From NCBI RefSeq assembly GCF_009834535.1, contig NC_045698.1, forward strand, positions 5,024,001-5,088,000: 64,000 nt of DNA. The letters run 5' to 3'. Every line of letters starts with the position of its first letter. Positions within the stretch are counted from its first letter, which is position 1. The translations under genes and the position numbers were made by a program. A model generated the notes under the pieces. It was not told the origin of the DNA, ran no database searches, and saw only the letters and a program-made list of their open reading frames with translations. The DNA is from Camelus ferus. Lineage: Eukaryota. Positions 11,518 through 24,895 of this stretch are shown here, in pieces.

Positions 11518-12361
11518 AGCAACTCTCAAGGGAAGTTCGGCCTCGCTGCGGAATTAATTAACATCCTTGAAGCCCTGGAGGGACCTCTGCCCCAAATGGG
11601 AAGGAGAACGTTACTCAGGGAATATTATGTTTTATTTTTCTTCATGAGTTAAGAGAAAAGAGGGGAATGTTGAGCTTCGTGGAATGGAAGAAACACACAC
11701 AACTGAACACTGTAATTGCAGTATATAGGGCAGGCTCGCTCAGCAGGTGGATTTATTACTGCATGAAATTTTTTTCTATACATTTCAGAGTCTATATTTA
11801 TAGGATCAAAGACAAGGGTTTTTTTTTAATTTTATAGTTATAAAAATATTGAGAATATCCTTGAACTTCTTGTGGTTATGAAAGTACAAAAGTATACTCT
11901 GATTCCAGGTGGAATTGACGGACTTGGGCACACAATGTGGGCTCTTGAAAACTCATTCAAACTTCCATATTTTTTTTTAAAAGAGATTTGGTGTTAATAC
12001 TGAGAATGTAGGCAATCAAAGCAAAAGCGTGGGCTTGGAAAGACATTCAGAGCTTTGGGCATGGCCTCAGGTGAGAGAGATGGTCCTTCACGGAATCTGT
12101 CTTAAGAAAATGTAGCCGGAAAAGAGAGCTGGAAAAACATCTGCATACTTCATGTGGCTGGTGAGCTTTGAGAGTATAATGCCATCAGGTCTGGGCTTTG
12201 TCATGGGCAGGTTACAGTCCACACGCGACCCACATCCCACGTGAAAACTGACCAAAGAATTAGAACAAGCTTTGACCAAGGGCAACCATTTCCTTCTACT
12301 AAGGGCAACCCAAAATGGTAAATCTCCAAGAAATGAATGAAGGAAAAAGGATTTTTCCCCC

Positions 12362-13843
12362 TTTAGTTGAAATATTTAGTAAGATAATTGTGCATTTATA
12401 GCATTTGTAAGCAATAGTACAGACACCCTGTGTACCCTTTACCCAATTTCCCCCAGTGGTAACTTAGAAAGTAGAGTCCAATATCGCTGTATTGACATTG
12501 ATACGATTTGCCCATCTCATGGCGAATTCCCCAGTTGTCCTCATTAGTCCCTGTGTGTGTTTAGTTCTGTACATTTTCATCACGTGCGCATCCACTACAC
12601 TCTAGATACAGGGTAGTTCTGAATCCCTCTTCTTTCTCTTTGAAAACCACCCCCACTTTTTTGCCAACCCACCCCATCCATCGCTCCTCCCATTTCCTAG
12701 GACTTGGCAACCACCAATATACTCTGCATTTGTAAATTTTTGTTATTTTAACAATGTTCTGTAAATGGAATCATAAATTGTGTAACTTTTTGATTGGCTT
12801 TTTTCACTCAAAATAATTCATTAAAGATTGATCCAAATTGTTGGGTGAATAGCAACAGTTTAATCCTTTCTGTTGCTGAGTGGCATTCCATGGTATGGAT
12901 GTACCAAAGTTTGTTTAGCATTCATCTATTGAATGATCTCTGTGCTGTTTCCAATTTGGGGCTATTTATGAATAAAGCTATGATGAATGTGTATAGTTTT
13001 GGTGTAAACATAACTTTTTATTGCTTTGGAAAAATGCCCACAGGTACAATTGCTGGATTGTGTTGTATTTGCATGTTTAGTTTTATAAGAAGCTTCTAAA
13101 CTGTTTTCCGGAATGGTTGCACCACTTACATCCCCACCAGCAAGGCATGAGTGGTCCATTTGCTCCCCGTCCGTGCCAACATTTGATGTTGTCTTTATTT
13201 TTCATTTCAGCCATTCTAATAGGCGTGTAGTGACAGCTCGTCGTGGTTGCAATTTGCATTTCTCTGAAGGCTAATGGTGCTGAGCATCTTTCCAGGTGCT
13301 CATTGGCCATCTGTGTATCCCCGTTGCTGACACACTGTTAGGGTCTCACACATTTCTATTTGCTATTGTTTTTGTTTATTTTTTACTGCTGAGTTTGAGA
13401 ATTCTTTATTCTAGATATTAGTCTGTTGTTGAATATGTGGTTTGCATTTTCTCTGAGCCTGATGCTTGTCCTTCAACCTCTTTATATGATCTTTCACAGA
13501 GAACAAGTTTTTAATTTTGATAAAGTCTAATTTAGCAATTTTTCTTTTTGTAAATTTTGTTTTGGCAGCAAGTCTATAAACTCTTTACCTATATCCCAAA
13601 GTTTTTCTCTTAGGATTTTTTAAAAAGTTTTATAGTTTTAGGGTTCACATTTAAGTTTGTGATTCATTTCAAGTTAATTTTTGTCTGAGGTATGAGGTTT
13701 AGTCGAGCTTCCATTTTTTTGCCGGTGGCTGTTCGTTTTCTCCAGCACCATTTGCTGAGAAGCCCATCCCTCGTCCCCCTCCACTAAATGGTTTTGTATT
13801 TGTGTCTATTTCTGGGTTCTGTATTCTGTTCCATTGATCTATG
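12362..13843 (-). mobile_element. Old L1 (L1MC-like) 3' portion
   Basis: aatagtacagacaccctgtgtaccctttacccaatttccccagtggtaac 3'UTR; degenerate ORF2 remnant (MANEHLERCSAPLAFREMQIATT..YTPIRMA). Confidence 0.9.
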
Positions 13844-15199
13844 AAAGGAGAAGTATAAGAGTTTTCTTAACTATCGAATTATACATATAGGAGACTAAAG
13901 TTGAACACTTATTAATCATATTTTGCATAGAGGAATGAAATTTCCCTTTCTTTTTTCAAAATCAAATTGAACTGTACAACCTGCTAGCAAGTTGACTATG
14001 AACAGTGAGATGAAAAATCCATATTTTGTGCTCAAAATCATAAGAATATTTATGATAATAAGATGTAAGGGTCTATATACGCATTCACACACGTACAGAT
14101 GGACACGATTCTTTAAGGAAAAAAACTAGTGCATAAGACCAACACTTCCGCAGCCTACAAAGAGCTTGGAGAACACCACTGCCGTCCAAGAGGTGAAACA
14201 GTGAAATCTGTACTTACAGAGATTATCATCTCACTGCACAGTTTCTTTGAATGACGGGCTGTCTTTCAAGTTGAAGTAGAATACTTAGTAAGTTTTTAAC
14301 TAAATATGAAAATTGAGAAGGAGAGATTTAATTGCATCACGTTTTTATAGGTTGATGACACTGGCCATTAATATCATCCAAACAGCATTCCTAATGTCCC
14401 TAATGTGCTTTTATCACACTCACAAAATACCTTCCAATTTCTCTTCATTTCCCCTGTAGCATCTCCATCTCCTTGCACCCACCTGCTAACGTAAAAGCAG
14501 CAGTTTACTGGCCATTTCTGTTCCCACTTTAGTTACCACCTGGCCTTCTGGTCTACACATCAGTCCCTTCCGACTTCTGTATAGTCCTTGCTGCCCTCCA
14601 ACCCCAGGTTCGCTGATAAAAATTGATTTCTGCACCTGCACAGCTGAGGATCCGGCCCCTGGCGCTGACCACCCCCCCAGGTGGCTACCCTGCGAGACCT
14701 GCCTTGACCCCAGCTCCCCTTTCCCCCTGGTTATCATCTCATGTAACGCCTCTCGGTCACTGCCACAGGCTGTATACTGAGATGTGGGGAAAATGATGGG
14801 CTGCTGAAAGTCAGAGCCCAAACTATCCACTAGCCAGCAAAGGATGTTTAGGGTTACGCACTCGTGTACTTGACTTCTGCCTCCTACTGACTGGTCAGCT
14901 TCATCTGGTCCATTTGTCTGCCCTCCTGCAAAACAACTTTTCACTAGAAAAGTTGGCAGACACTCCTGGACTTCTTGGTCCGTTTCATTTTGCGTTGGTA
15001 ACATTGTTCAGAGTGAACTGAATCCGCTGCCTAGAACATTTTGTGTTGATTACTGCCAAGTAACTGTCTTTTACAGATTGTCCACCTTCATCTGCAAGCA
15101 CTTTTTATTAAAGCTGTATTTTTACCAGACACAGGATTTTTTAAAGTGTTCCTCTTTCCATATAACACTACCCTTTCTGGCATGAGTCTTTTGTGCAAT

Positions 15200-15435
15200 G
15201 ACTGCTGTTCAAAGTGTGGTCCACAGGTTGCTGGCATCCATAAAGCATTTGTTACTACCACCACCACCCCCCCCCCAGATAAGTACAGAAAGTGCCAGTA
15301 TTTGGAAAGTTTTATAGCAACTTAACATTACCGTGGCACCCACGAGCATGAGTTTGTATTTCACAAAGTCATCAGTCCATCATGAATGGGAAATAAAGAT
15401 TTTGGTCTTTGCCCACAATTAGTTAAGAGGTGTAT
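15200..15435 (+). mobile_element. hAT-Charlie DNA transposon remnant (Charlie4a-like)
   Basis: tcaaagtgtggtccac...tttgttac...agataagtacagaaagtg...ttttatagcaac. Confidence 0.6.
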
Positions 15436-18400
15436 CTGTAAGATACTATCTTTAAAGTAATTATTATGAGACTTTCTCAGGCAGGTTTGTATTTCCTTTG
15501 TGCTAATGCCTAAAAGTACAAACTAAATGTTATTTTAATTTTTACAGATTTTTTTAATCCAGTCAAATCCCCTTTGATTTGAATTATCTACTAATAGGCA
15601 GATGTTTGGATAAAAATAATAATTAAGATGCCAGAGGCTTAAAATAAAAAGTCCTCTTTGTCTCATAGTTAACCATTTCTATTCAATGCATTCATCTTTT
15701 TCATCAGTACCACTGAGTAACTGTATTTGGATCAAGGTTTTGCATTACCTTCTGGATGTATTGGTTCTCTGTACCAAGTACAAGGATCTAATAGGAGGTG
15801 GATTCCTAGAAGCTGTACTTTTTATAAGTTATCTTTATTATTTCACTTATTTTCTGATCAGCATAAAAATTGAGGAGAAAGGTATGTTTGGGAGAGTCAT
15901 AAAAGGTTAATAAGACATCATTCACCGGACAATATGTATTCATTGTATAATGAAAATTATTTCAATGAGAATGCTGTGAACTCCTAGTGTACGAGAGATT
16001 TGTACGAGGTGCTGCGAGAGAGTCAAAAGAAATGGATGAAGGAGCACCATATGCAACGTGTGCATCAACGTGGGAAGAGTTCAGAGTAAGGGAGAGGTGA
16101 CCCTGGAACAGGGTTAATTTAAGAAGTCTGCTAATATGGTCAGAACGTTCAGCCTGGCTTTCAAAGCACCTGCAGGATTTGAATTGGCAGAGAGACAACA
16201 GCTGACAGACATCCAAACTGGATTTTGGAAGTGGGAGATGAGCCGCAGCTGGGGTTTGGCGATCTGAAGGACAACTGAAGGAAAAAGAGACCGGTGTGAT
16301 TAGAACTAAGGGTGGATCGGGGGGACTCGTAAAGGGGAGAGTGGATAGTTGTCAGACGTGTTTAATGATAACCTGGATGTCCAGACTGGAGGCTTTTAGC
16401 TTTGAGCCAAAAAAGCAAATGGGAAACCCGTTTAGAAGGAGAGCTGTGGAATGAAGGCCGTAAGTATTACACACCCTGTGTGTGTTCCTCACTCAGATCT
16501 TCAGATGGATGTCGTGGTTACTGCAGATTTAAGCTCGAAAGCTCTTGAGTGTGAGTCAAGTGTCACTGTCAAAGACCCATTTTTAAATTTTTAAATTACT
16601 CTGGTGCAGAACATGGGAATGATCATCAGAACTCGAGAGTTATATTTGCTCTCCAGCAAACACGGTCAACTACATAATTATTGCCGCACTGTATAATTTA
16701 GAGCTAAGGGTATGTATGGTTTTACATTACTACTGAAAAAAAAAAAAACTAAAACAAGAAAAAAAGGAAAGAAAAGAGAAAATTGTAAGTAATTTGGAAG
16801 TGAAAAGATATTGCTAAAGGTATATAACAGAGATATGCCTGCAAGTTCCAAACCTGGGTGGCCTGCCAAAGAACATGAGAACAGGCCTATTGAAAATGAC
16901 TCAGAATTCCACTGCTCAGATGCAACACGGTCCAGTGCATGCATTAGGTTATTTTTTTTAAAAAAATCAGAAGTGATGGAAAAACCCTTGCATTGCTCTA
17001 GGAAAGTTACCTGATCCAGTCTCTGTGATATTTTGTTGCATATGTTGCCATCATTAATTTCATGTAAGAAATTTTTCATTCTGTTTGGCTTTTTCTACTG
17101 AATAAATTTTATCATGAATGTAAGACTGGAATTAGTTCAACCTTATAGGAAACACATTAACATGACAAATATGTGTGACTTTGAAAATAGACATTCTTAG
17201 GCTCAGACAGAAGCATTAAAGCATTCAGCCTTGGTTTTTAGCAGTATACTAAGATGCTGCCAGTGTACAGCCCATCCTCCAAAATTTTAACAAATTTCCC
17301 AATACCTGTGGCGAAGTATCAGCTGCAGACGTGACTACATTTCTTTATAGATGCAGAAGTTATTCTCAAGAGTAAGAAGTTATTTGTACTATCTACACTG
17401 AAGCCAACAGAGTTCTCAGGACCGAGAATCTTTGCCCAGAAATGAACAGGTTTTTGAAGGATCAGGCTTAGGCACCTACGGAAGAGTGGGGTTTAGTGGC
17501 AGAATTACTAGCTGCTGCTGAATGACACAGAGAAGTCAAGGTCCATCCACCACGCCGTCCACCCGTGCAAGAGGGGAGGGTGTGGGTAAGGATGGGGCAG
17601 TCGTCATCATTGTATTTGAAGGATTAACAACCCCTTTTTCCAATTGTTGATCCATTACAATGTTGCATTAAGTAAATATTTGAGCCACCCCAGGTTAATT
17701 ATTGCTTCTTAAACCATTTTCATCAGAATAAGCGTGTGTCTGCATTTAACTGCATCCTAGAATGTATCCGCCTTTAGAGTCAGAATGTTATGTCTCTTGT
17801 GCAAACCTGGGTACTCTGCAGAGTTACCTGAGTCTGGCCACAAAGCTGCCCACGTTGGAATACCGCTCTGTAAATGCAGCCTCTCTGCAGGAACTCTGTT
17901 CCCCATGCAACTGAAAATGGGTTTGAAAAACTCAAAGCATCTGTTGGGTGTTTTCTCTAAAAAAAAATAAAATAAAAAGAGCAATTTTCACACTTCCCCC
18001 TCAAATTCCTCCTCAGATCACACAGTTCGTTTGTAGAATGCTACATAATCCTTGCTATCGCCTCATACCTGCTTTTAGCTGAGGCCACTTTTAACACACT
18101 GTTTTAGTGCTTGCAGGTCACATTAAGTAAGCGGTTTGGGAGGAGTTTATAATAAAAGATGTGGAGAAGATTACATGTATTTATTTCTCTTTTAATATCT
18201 TTCATATTGGTGGCAAAGATGCTGTTTGCTTCAGTTAATGCAAACACTTCAAATAAGATAAATCCTTGAAAGATGGACAAGTAGAAGGACCACACCGCAG
18301 GAAGGTGTGCAATTTCCCATCCTGCTGATAGGGCTTTTACTCTAGCAAGATGTATTTTCTCACTGGATGGAGGCTCAAATAAATTATCAAGTGATTAATT

Positions 18401-19009
18401 AAGTTCCTAACGAGGCTATTCTGTTCTTCTGTCTCATGGAAATTGCCACGCAAGACAAGCTGACATGGTTTATGGTCCAGGAGCCTGGTGGCACTGTCTC
18501 TCTCTTTGCTGCCTCGGCTCTCCTGACCGTGGCATCTAGGTAGGGAGGCGTCAGCATTTGCATTTTCTAAGGCACCTGAAGGTCTTCTACATAAAATCAA
18601 GAGAAAACAATACTGTGCATATTTCACCTCAACAGGGGTAGGTAGTTTGTTCAGTTTCATTTTGTAACGCAAACATGTCATTCTTATTTTATTCGTAAAT
18701 GTTGAAAAGGTGTTGTAATAAGTAAGGAATCAAGGCTAAGCATTCAATCCAATTGAATTTCCTGAAAGAGATTCCCAGAAAAACTTCTAAAAGCAAGAGC
18801 AATTAAAAAAAAGAAAGAAAAAGAAAAGCATGAAAAGAAGCATCATTTAACAGATGTGACATAATAGTTATTGGGAAATAAAATAAACATGAGAAAACGT
18901 CAGTCTACCATTTCAAAGTCAAGGGTGAAGTCAGTGTCTAATAAATCATGCAAATCCAAACCCATAACCAAGTTCTTTTTGGCAACGAAAAGTGTTATCA
19001 AATGAGAGG

Positions 19010-19265
19010 GAGTGATTTCAAGATGGTACAAAGATGAAGGAAGACCATGGACCAACGCACACGGGTGGCTTCTAGAAGCTGGAATAGATAAAGGAATGGA
19101 CTTTGTCCCAGAGCCTGGATAAGGAACATAGCTTCCGGCACCTGGATTTTAGCCCAATGAGCCCCACGTCAGCCCTCTGACCTCTGACTGTGGGATGAGA
19201 TATCTGTGCTGTTTAAAGCTATTGCCTGTGTTAATTTGTTTCAGCAACCATAGAAAACGAACACA
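19010..19265 (+). mobile_element. MaLR LTR 3' half (MLT1D-like)
   Basis: ttctagaagctggaa...cccagagcct...gattttagcccaatgag...aatttgtttcagcaaccatagaaaacgaacaca. Confidence 0.8.
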
Positions 19266-19659
19266 CCTATCAAAATCAAAATGCACAAAGTCTGAAACAC
19301 AAATTGCTGCTTGACTATCTTCGTTGAAAAAAATGTGCTTTTCATTGACTAGCTAAAAAAAGGAATTTCTTGAGAAGTTCTGACATGTAATTGTCTCTTG
19401 ATCACAAGTGGATAGATTCCTTCCAGATGGAGGGGAGAATGACGGGGCATCTCGGGATGCAGGCAGGGGAGCCACCATGTTGCTGATGGAGCTAACCGGG
19501 CGGCAGTGGCGTCAACATCAGCCTGGTCACCTCTGCATGAACAAGACAGCAGTGAACCTCAGGCCACAGGGAGGTAAACCTACGGTGATTTTCTGTGCTA
19601 AGGAATCTTCTATTGACAGCATCCTGGCTTTCCTGAGACCCTCTCAGTTTCCTCTTTAC

Positions 19660-20400
19660 TGACCATGTGACTCCAACCTGAGACAAGTGGGACCCTGCAT
19701 GGCCCGGGTCACTGTACATGGTAGAGATGTGCCGTGGGAACCAAGCCAGCAGACCATCCAGCCAATGAGACACAATTGCCACACTTTCATCTGTGCCATC
19801 AGCAAGAAGACCTTTCTTCTGATGTTGCATAGCCAATAAGATAATGCAATGGACTGAATGTCTCTGTCTCCCCTAAATTCAAATTTTGAAACCTGAATCC
19901 CAATGTAATGATACTAGGAGGCAGGGGACTCTGGGAGGTGATTAGGTCATGAGTGTGGAGCCCCAGTGATTGGAATTTAGTCCACATCATAAAAGTGGTC
20001 CCAGAGAGCTAGCTAGCCACTTCGGCCACGTGAGGACAAAAGGGGAAGCCTGCGACAGGAAAGAGCGCCCTTACCTGACCACACTGACATCCTGATCTTG
20101 GACTTCCGGCCTCCAGAACTGGGGGAATAAATTTCTGTTATTTGTAAGCTGCCCAGTCTGCGGTACTTTGTTACGACAGCCTGAACTGACTAAGACAGAT
20201 GGGTTGTAATCCCGGAGCTGGGAGCAGCCAGCCTGAGGTCGTTAGGAAGCAGTCTGGTCCTTCTGAAAATGAAGCCAATGCCAAAGGAAGCGGAACTGAA
20301 AAAGAGAGTGAGACTGAGAAAAACCCGATGACATCATCGGGGCCCTGGGATCCTGTCACCCAGACCCTTGGACTCTCAGCCTTGTGGACCAAGACGTCTC
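19660..20400 (+). mobile_element. Old MaLR LTR (MLT1J/K/L-like) interrupted by an MLT1A
   Basis: ggagctgggagcagcc...gaaaatgaagccaa...gatgacatc...ggatcc...cccttggactctcag on the right of the MLT1A; weaker similarity on the left. Confidence 0.55.
19845..20197 (+). mobile_element. Complete MLT1A-like solo LTR
   Basis: tgcaatggactgaatg...gggaggtgattaggtcatgag...aataaatttctgttatttgtaagc...gactaagaca; flanks gataa/gatgg. Confidence 0.9.
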
Positions 20401-20709
20401 TTCAAATTCACTGTCAACCAGAGTCCCCCACGGGAAGGAAACGATATATACATTCTCTTTCCAATTATACACACACAGACGTACACGCCATTGCTGCCAG
20501 AGTGGGCGCTCACACATACAAACGGGACATTCCAAAGGATGAGACAGAATGAAAGAGGCTGAAGGAGCAAAGGTCAGCGACAGCTCTCTAAGCAAATTCA
20601 TAATGAGAAGTCTCTGATATTTAAGAGGATGAAAGTAAGCCAAGTGATGCGTCCAAAAGAAATTCAGACCTATCGCCCACCTCGAAGGAAAGTGGAGAAA
20701 CAGTGGCAA

Positions 20710-20723
20710 ATTGCCATGGCAAC
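20710..20723. promoter_or_regulatory. Candidate RFX X-box
   Basis: ATTGCCATGGCAAC, 13/14 match to the palindrome GTTGCCATGGCAAC. Confidence 0.45.
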
Positions 20724-20814
20724 CACAATGTTAGATGTGCATAAATCTCCCAACTTCAAAAAGTGTTGTCTGTTTAGTTTACAATTCACTGGGAGGCACC
20801 CTTGGTTACAGATA

Positions 20815-20940
20815 GGGTGGGATAGTTTTATCCCCATTTTACAGATGAGGGAGCCAGTGTTTGGAGCTGTTACATGTCCAGGCCTTTGGTCCAGGGATGT
20901 TCATGCTTTAGCCTTTGCACCTGCATCCTCATTCCTGACC
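20815..20940 (-). mobile_element. MIR fragment
   Basis: tatccccattttacagatgaggag core. Confidence 0.65.
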
Positions 20941-21897
20941 TCAAACACTTTCCAAGACCCAAACTTGTATTCGAAACTAGTGACGGTTCTTGGCACCACA
21001 ACTTGTACCACCTGAATGGTTGCTTTTTCCCTGTAATGTAGGGTATGCTTTGGGTTCCTCTGGAACTATTTGACCAAAGTGACTCTGTATAGGAGACCTC
21101 TTTGCAATCAACATCTACATCGATGTAGTTCAGAATCAAATAAAATGTCTTCTGTTCAGTGTTTCCGTAACTCAATCAGTGCTGAACTGCAAATCAATAA
21201 AAGAGGTGGCTTGTTTTGAAATGGGAAGGAAAGGCATCCAGCTTTTGCCCATCTCACCCACCTTGAGTGCATAATATCTTATAAGCTGAAAATATATAAA
21301 GTTAATACCATTAACAATGTTGATATTTGTACAACATGTTATGTAAAAACATCAGAGAGAGCCAGGTGAGTTTGCACAATCTTCCTCAGCATAGCTGACC
21401 CTCTCTGAGCAGGGATGTCATCTGTCCTCCTGCACTAGGGACACAGTCCAATTGGTAGAGCCATTTAACAAGGACCGCATCTTCCAGGCAGAGGGCCTGT
21501 CAGTTAAGTACGCATGTAAAGCAAACTTCCTAACAAGAAGAATAAAACGTGCAGAAGTTGATTAAAATCTTGGATTCTTTTCCTGGCAGGAGTTAGAATA
21601 ATTTATGCAATTTCCATCTAAAGTTTCCTGTCTGATTACACTGAGGAGAACAAAGTCATTAAAGGCAATTACCACGTTAATAGACAAGAGATTGAAAGCT
21701 GAGAACGCTGGAGGATGGGCAAGTCCGTCTTCCGGGCACACGTGGTAGTTTTCTCTTCTGCCTCTAGGTTTCCAAATAGATATGAATTGGTAATCAGCAG
21801 GTTTCAAATTCATAATGCAATCAAAATGCATATTTGATTGAGCACCTCATTTAATAAACCAAGAAAATATTCACAAGTTGTGATAATTAGCATATAC

Positions 21898-23605
21898 ATT
21901 TTAATGTTTTTACTGAGTTATAATTATATACAGTAAAATGTGCAGATCTTAAGTGCACTCAGACAAGTTTTACAGATGTATACGGGGGAGGTAGAGCACA
22001 TGCTTAGCGTGCAGGGAAGTCTGGGGTTCAATCACCAGTACCTCCATTAGAAATAAGTAAACCTAATTACCTCCCCCCACCAAAAAATAATACATTTAAA
22101 TTTTATAGATAATAATACATTTAAAAATAATACATTTAAAATAATACATAACAAATTTTTAAAAATATACAAACCCATGGAACCAACATCCAGTCAAGGC
22201 GTAGGGCACTGCCTTTACCCCGGACAGTCTCTTCATGCCTCTTGGAATATTTCCCTCCCCATACTTAGAGCACCTACCACACTGAGTTATATTCCCACAA
22301 ATTAGTTCTTGAACATCTTAAAAATGGGAACATACAGAACATATCCATGTCTGGCTTCCTTCATTCAACATAGTACTTTGATATTCATCCACGTGTGTGT
22401 GTCAATAGTTCATTTCTTTCTACTGCTCAGTGATATTCCATTGGACGAATATACTACAATTTGTTAATTGATTCTTCTGTTGACATTTGGAATGTTTAAG
22501 TTTCTTGCTGTTATAAACAAAGCTGCAGTAAACATTATTGTACAAATATTTATGTAGGCCTATATTTTCAATTCTACTGGGAAAAATAAATACCTTAGAG
22601 TGGAATTGCTGGGTCACAAGGTAGGTATCCATTTAATTTTATAAGAAATACTAGTTTTTCACACTGGTGGTACCGTTTCACATCCTACCAGCAAGCATGA
22701 GACATCCAGCTACCTGCATCCTCTCCGGCACTTGTTGGAAGTCACTTAAATTTAAACCATTTCAATGGCTGTATAGGGTTATCTCATTCTGGATTTAATT
22801 TGCGGTCCCCTGATAACAATGTTAAAAGGCACGTTTTCTTGTTATTAGCCATACTTATATCCTCATTTGTGAAGTATCTATCCAAGTCCTTCGACAATTT
22901 TTAATTGGATTGCTTTTATTTTTGATATGTCGGAGTTCTTTATACAATTTGGATTCAGATCTTTGTTATATACATAGATTGTGAATATTTCTCCTAGACT
23001 GTGATTTGCTTTTTTATTTTTTAACAAACTCTTTTTAAAGAGTGGAAATTTTTTATTCTGATAAAGTCCGGTTCACCTTTTTTTTTTCTGTTAGGGTTTT
23101 GTGTTTTTGCAATCTCTCTGATAAATATTTGACTACACAGGCCACAAAGAAATTCCTCTATTTTTTGGTAGACTTTTTAAAATTTTAACTGTAAAATTTT
23201 GCCCAGTATCCATCAGTGTCTGTCAATTATCATGTTAGGTATATATCAAGGATTAACTCTTTGCATACAGATGCTAGCGGTTCCAGCATCACTTGTTAGA
23301 AAGACTTTCCCTTCCCCATTGAGCGGCTTTGGCACATTTGTCAAAATTAGTTTTGCTGCATGTATGCAGATCTGTTCATGGGCTCTGCTCAGTTTCCTAG
23401 ATCTGTCTGTGCTTCTGCCTGAATCACACTGTCTTGATTATAAGGTAACTTTATAGTAAGTCTTGAAAGGAGGAGTGCACATTTTAAAAATTTGTTCTTC
23501 TTTTTCAAGGCTGCCGTGGTTATTTTGAGTTCCTTACCTTTCCATATAAATTTTGGTATCAATTTTGGCATTTGTTACTATCTTCAAAAGAGCCTGCTGT
23601 GATTG
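21898..23605 (-). mobile_element. Old L1 (L1MB/L1ME-like), interrupted by a SINE
   Basis: 3'UTR aaaatgtgcagatcttaagtg...; ORF2 remnant KLIPKFIWKGKELKI near 23389-23571. Confidence 0.85.
21984..22165 (+). mobile_element. vic-1-like SINE lacking the A box, with (AATAATACATTTAAA)n tail
   Basis: gggggag|gtagagcacatgcttagcgtgc...ggttcaatcaccagtacctcc...aaacctaattacctcccccc. Confidence 0.85.
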
Positions 23606-23673
23606 TTCAAGTTAAATGTCTCTTTTCTAATACATGCCTTCTAAGCAGCTATACCAAAATGGTAGGTTAAAAA

Positions 23674-24895
23674 CAGCAGTTCTCCAAGTGTGGGAGGGAG
23701 AAAAATTGGGGCCCCCAAAAGCCTTCTGGGAGGTCTCCAAGGTCAAAACTTTCTTTAAGCCAAAGTTGAAGGGGGATGTCTTCCAGATGGCAACATAGGT
23801 TGTTCTGGACGTCAGCCTCCTCACAAGAAAACCAGCTGGCATCATCTGTTGACAAGACACTATTAAGAAAATACTAGAACCCAGGGATGAGGCTGAAGCA
23901 CTCCGTGGACCACAGGGATGGAGAAGGACCATGTGTGAAAGGTGAGAGGAGCGGGTACACTCTGACCAATAGCTCCCGCACCCCCAGGCCGGCACAGCAA
24001 GGCCCCAGGAGGGCCCTCCTAGGCCTAGGGCTTCACCAGAAAGACACACGCTGTATGATCTCACTCATATCTGGAATCTAAAAGACCAGACTCAAAGAAA
24101 AGAGAGTAAACTGATGGTTGTCAGGAGCAGAGGCGGGGAGACAGGATGGGTAAATGTGGTTGCAAGTTACAAACTTCCGGGATAAGATGAGTAAGTCCTG
24201 GTGCTGTAACGCACAGCATGGCGACTACAGCTATCTCACCACAGAAAACAAGTGAGATGACAGATGAGGAGCTCGCCTTGTTTGGTGACCATCTCACAGT
24301 GCAATATACCTCACACCCTCCTGCTGTACACCTCACGCTTACACTGCACTACACGTCCATTATAGCTCAAAGCTGGGAAGAAACCCAAAGCCGTCATCCA
24401 CCTCTTCATTCTCATCCTCTTATGAGAGTGCAGATCACAGAAAGTTCATGGTCATGGTTTCAGACCACATTGTCATTAACCATCAAGGAAATACTGCTTT
24501 TGAGTTTGGGTGCAGTGACAAGCAGGCTGTGCACAACAATCAGAGGAGGCTGTGAAAATTCCTCCCTTTCCCAGCATACATCTGTAGGAGGCCAGATTTT
24601 CTTTATCGTTTCAACCAAAATGACATAACAGATTGAGTGCAGAGACAGATGTGAGAGTCCAGGTGTTGATCATTAAGCCAGGCACTGAGCAGATCTGCAA
24701 AAACTTGAAACAAAGCCGCTCATCTCGTTCACTTCTGTTTGATTTGGGAGAATGCACTTTTTGAAAAATATGTTATTTTATACATATGCCATGGACATAT
24801 TGTTAGGTTCAAATAAATAAGTATGCATTTTCAAAATTCCTCAGTTTTCATTTCTTATGAGATAAAATTGATCTAATTCATATCAACCAGTGCTC
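23674..24895 (+). mobile_element. hAT Charlie1-like DNA transposon remnants (5' end ~23674-23757; transposase 3' part ~24440-24895)
   Basis: cagcagttctccaagtgtgg...ggtctccaaggtcaaaact 5' end; acatctgtaggaggccagatttt...aacagattgagtgcagagacagatgtgagagtccag resembles the hAT dimerisation-domain coding end. Confidence 0.7.
24035..24385 (+). mobile_element. L1 3' end (L1MA/MB-like) inserted within the Charlie remnant
   Basis: cagaaagacacacgctgtatgatctcactcatatctggaatctaaaa...gttacaaacttcc...cacagcatggcgactacag. Confidence 0.8.
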
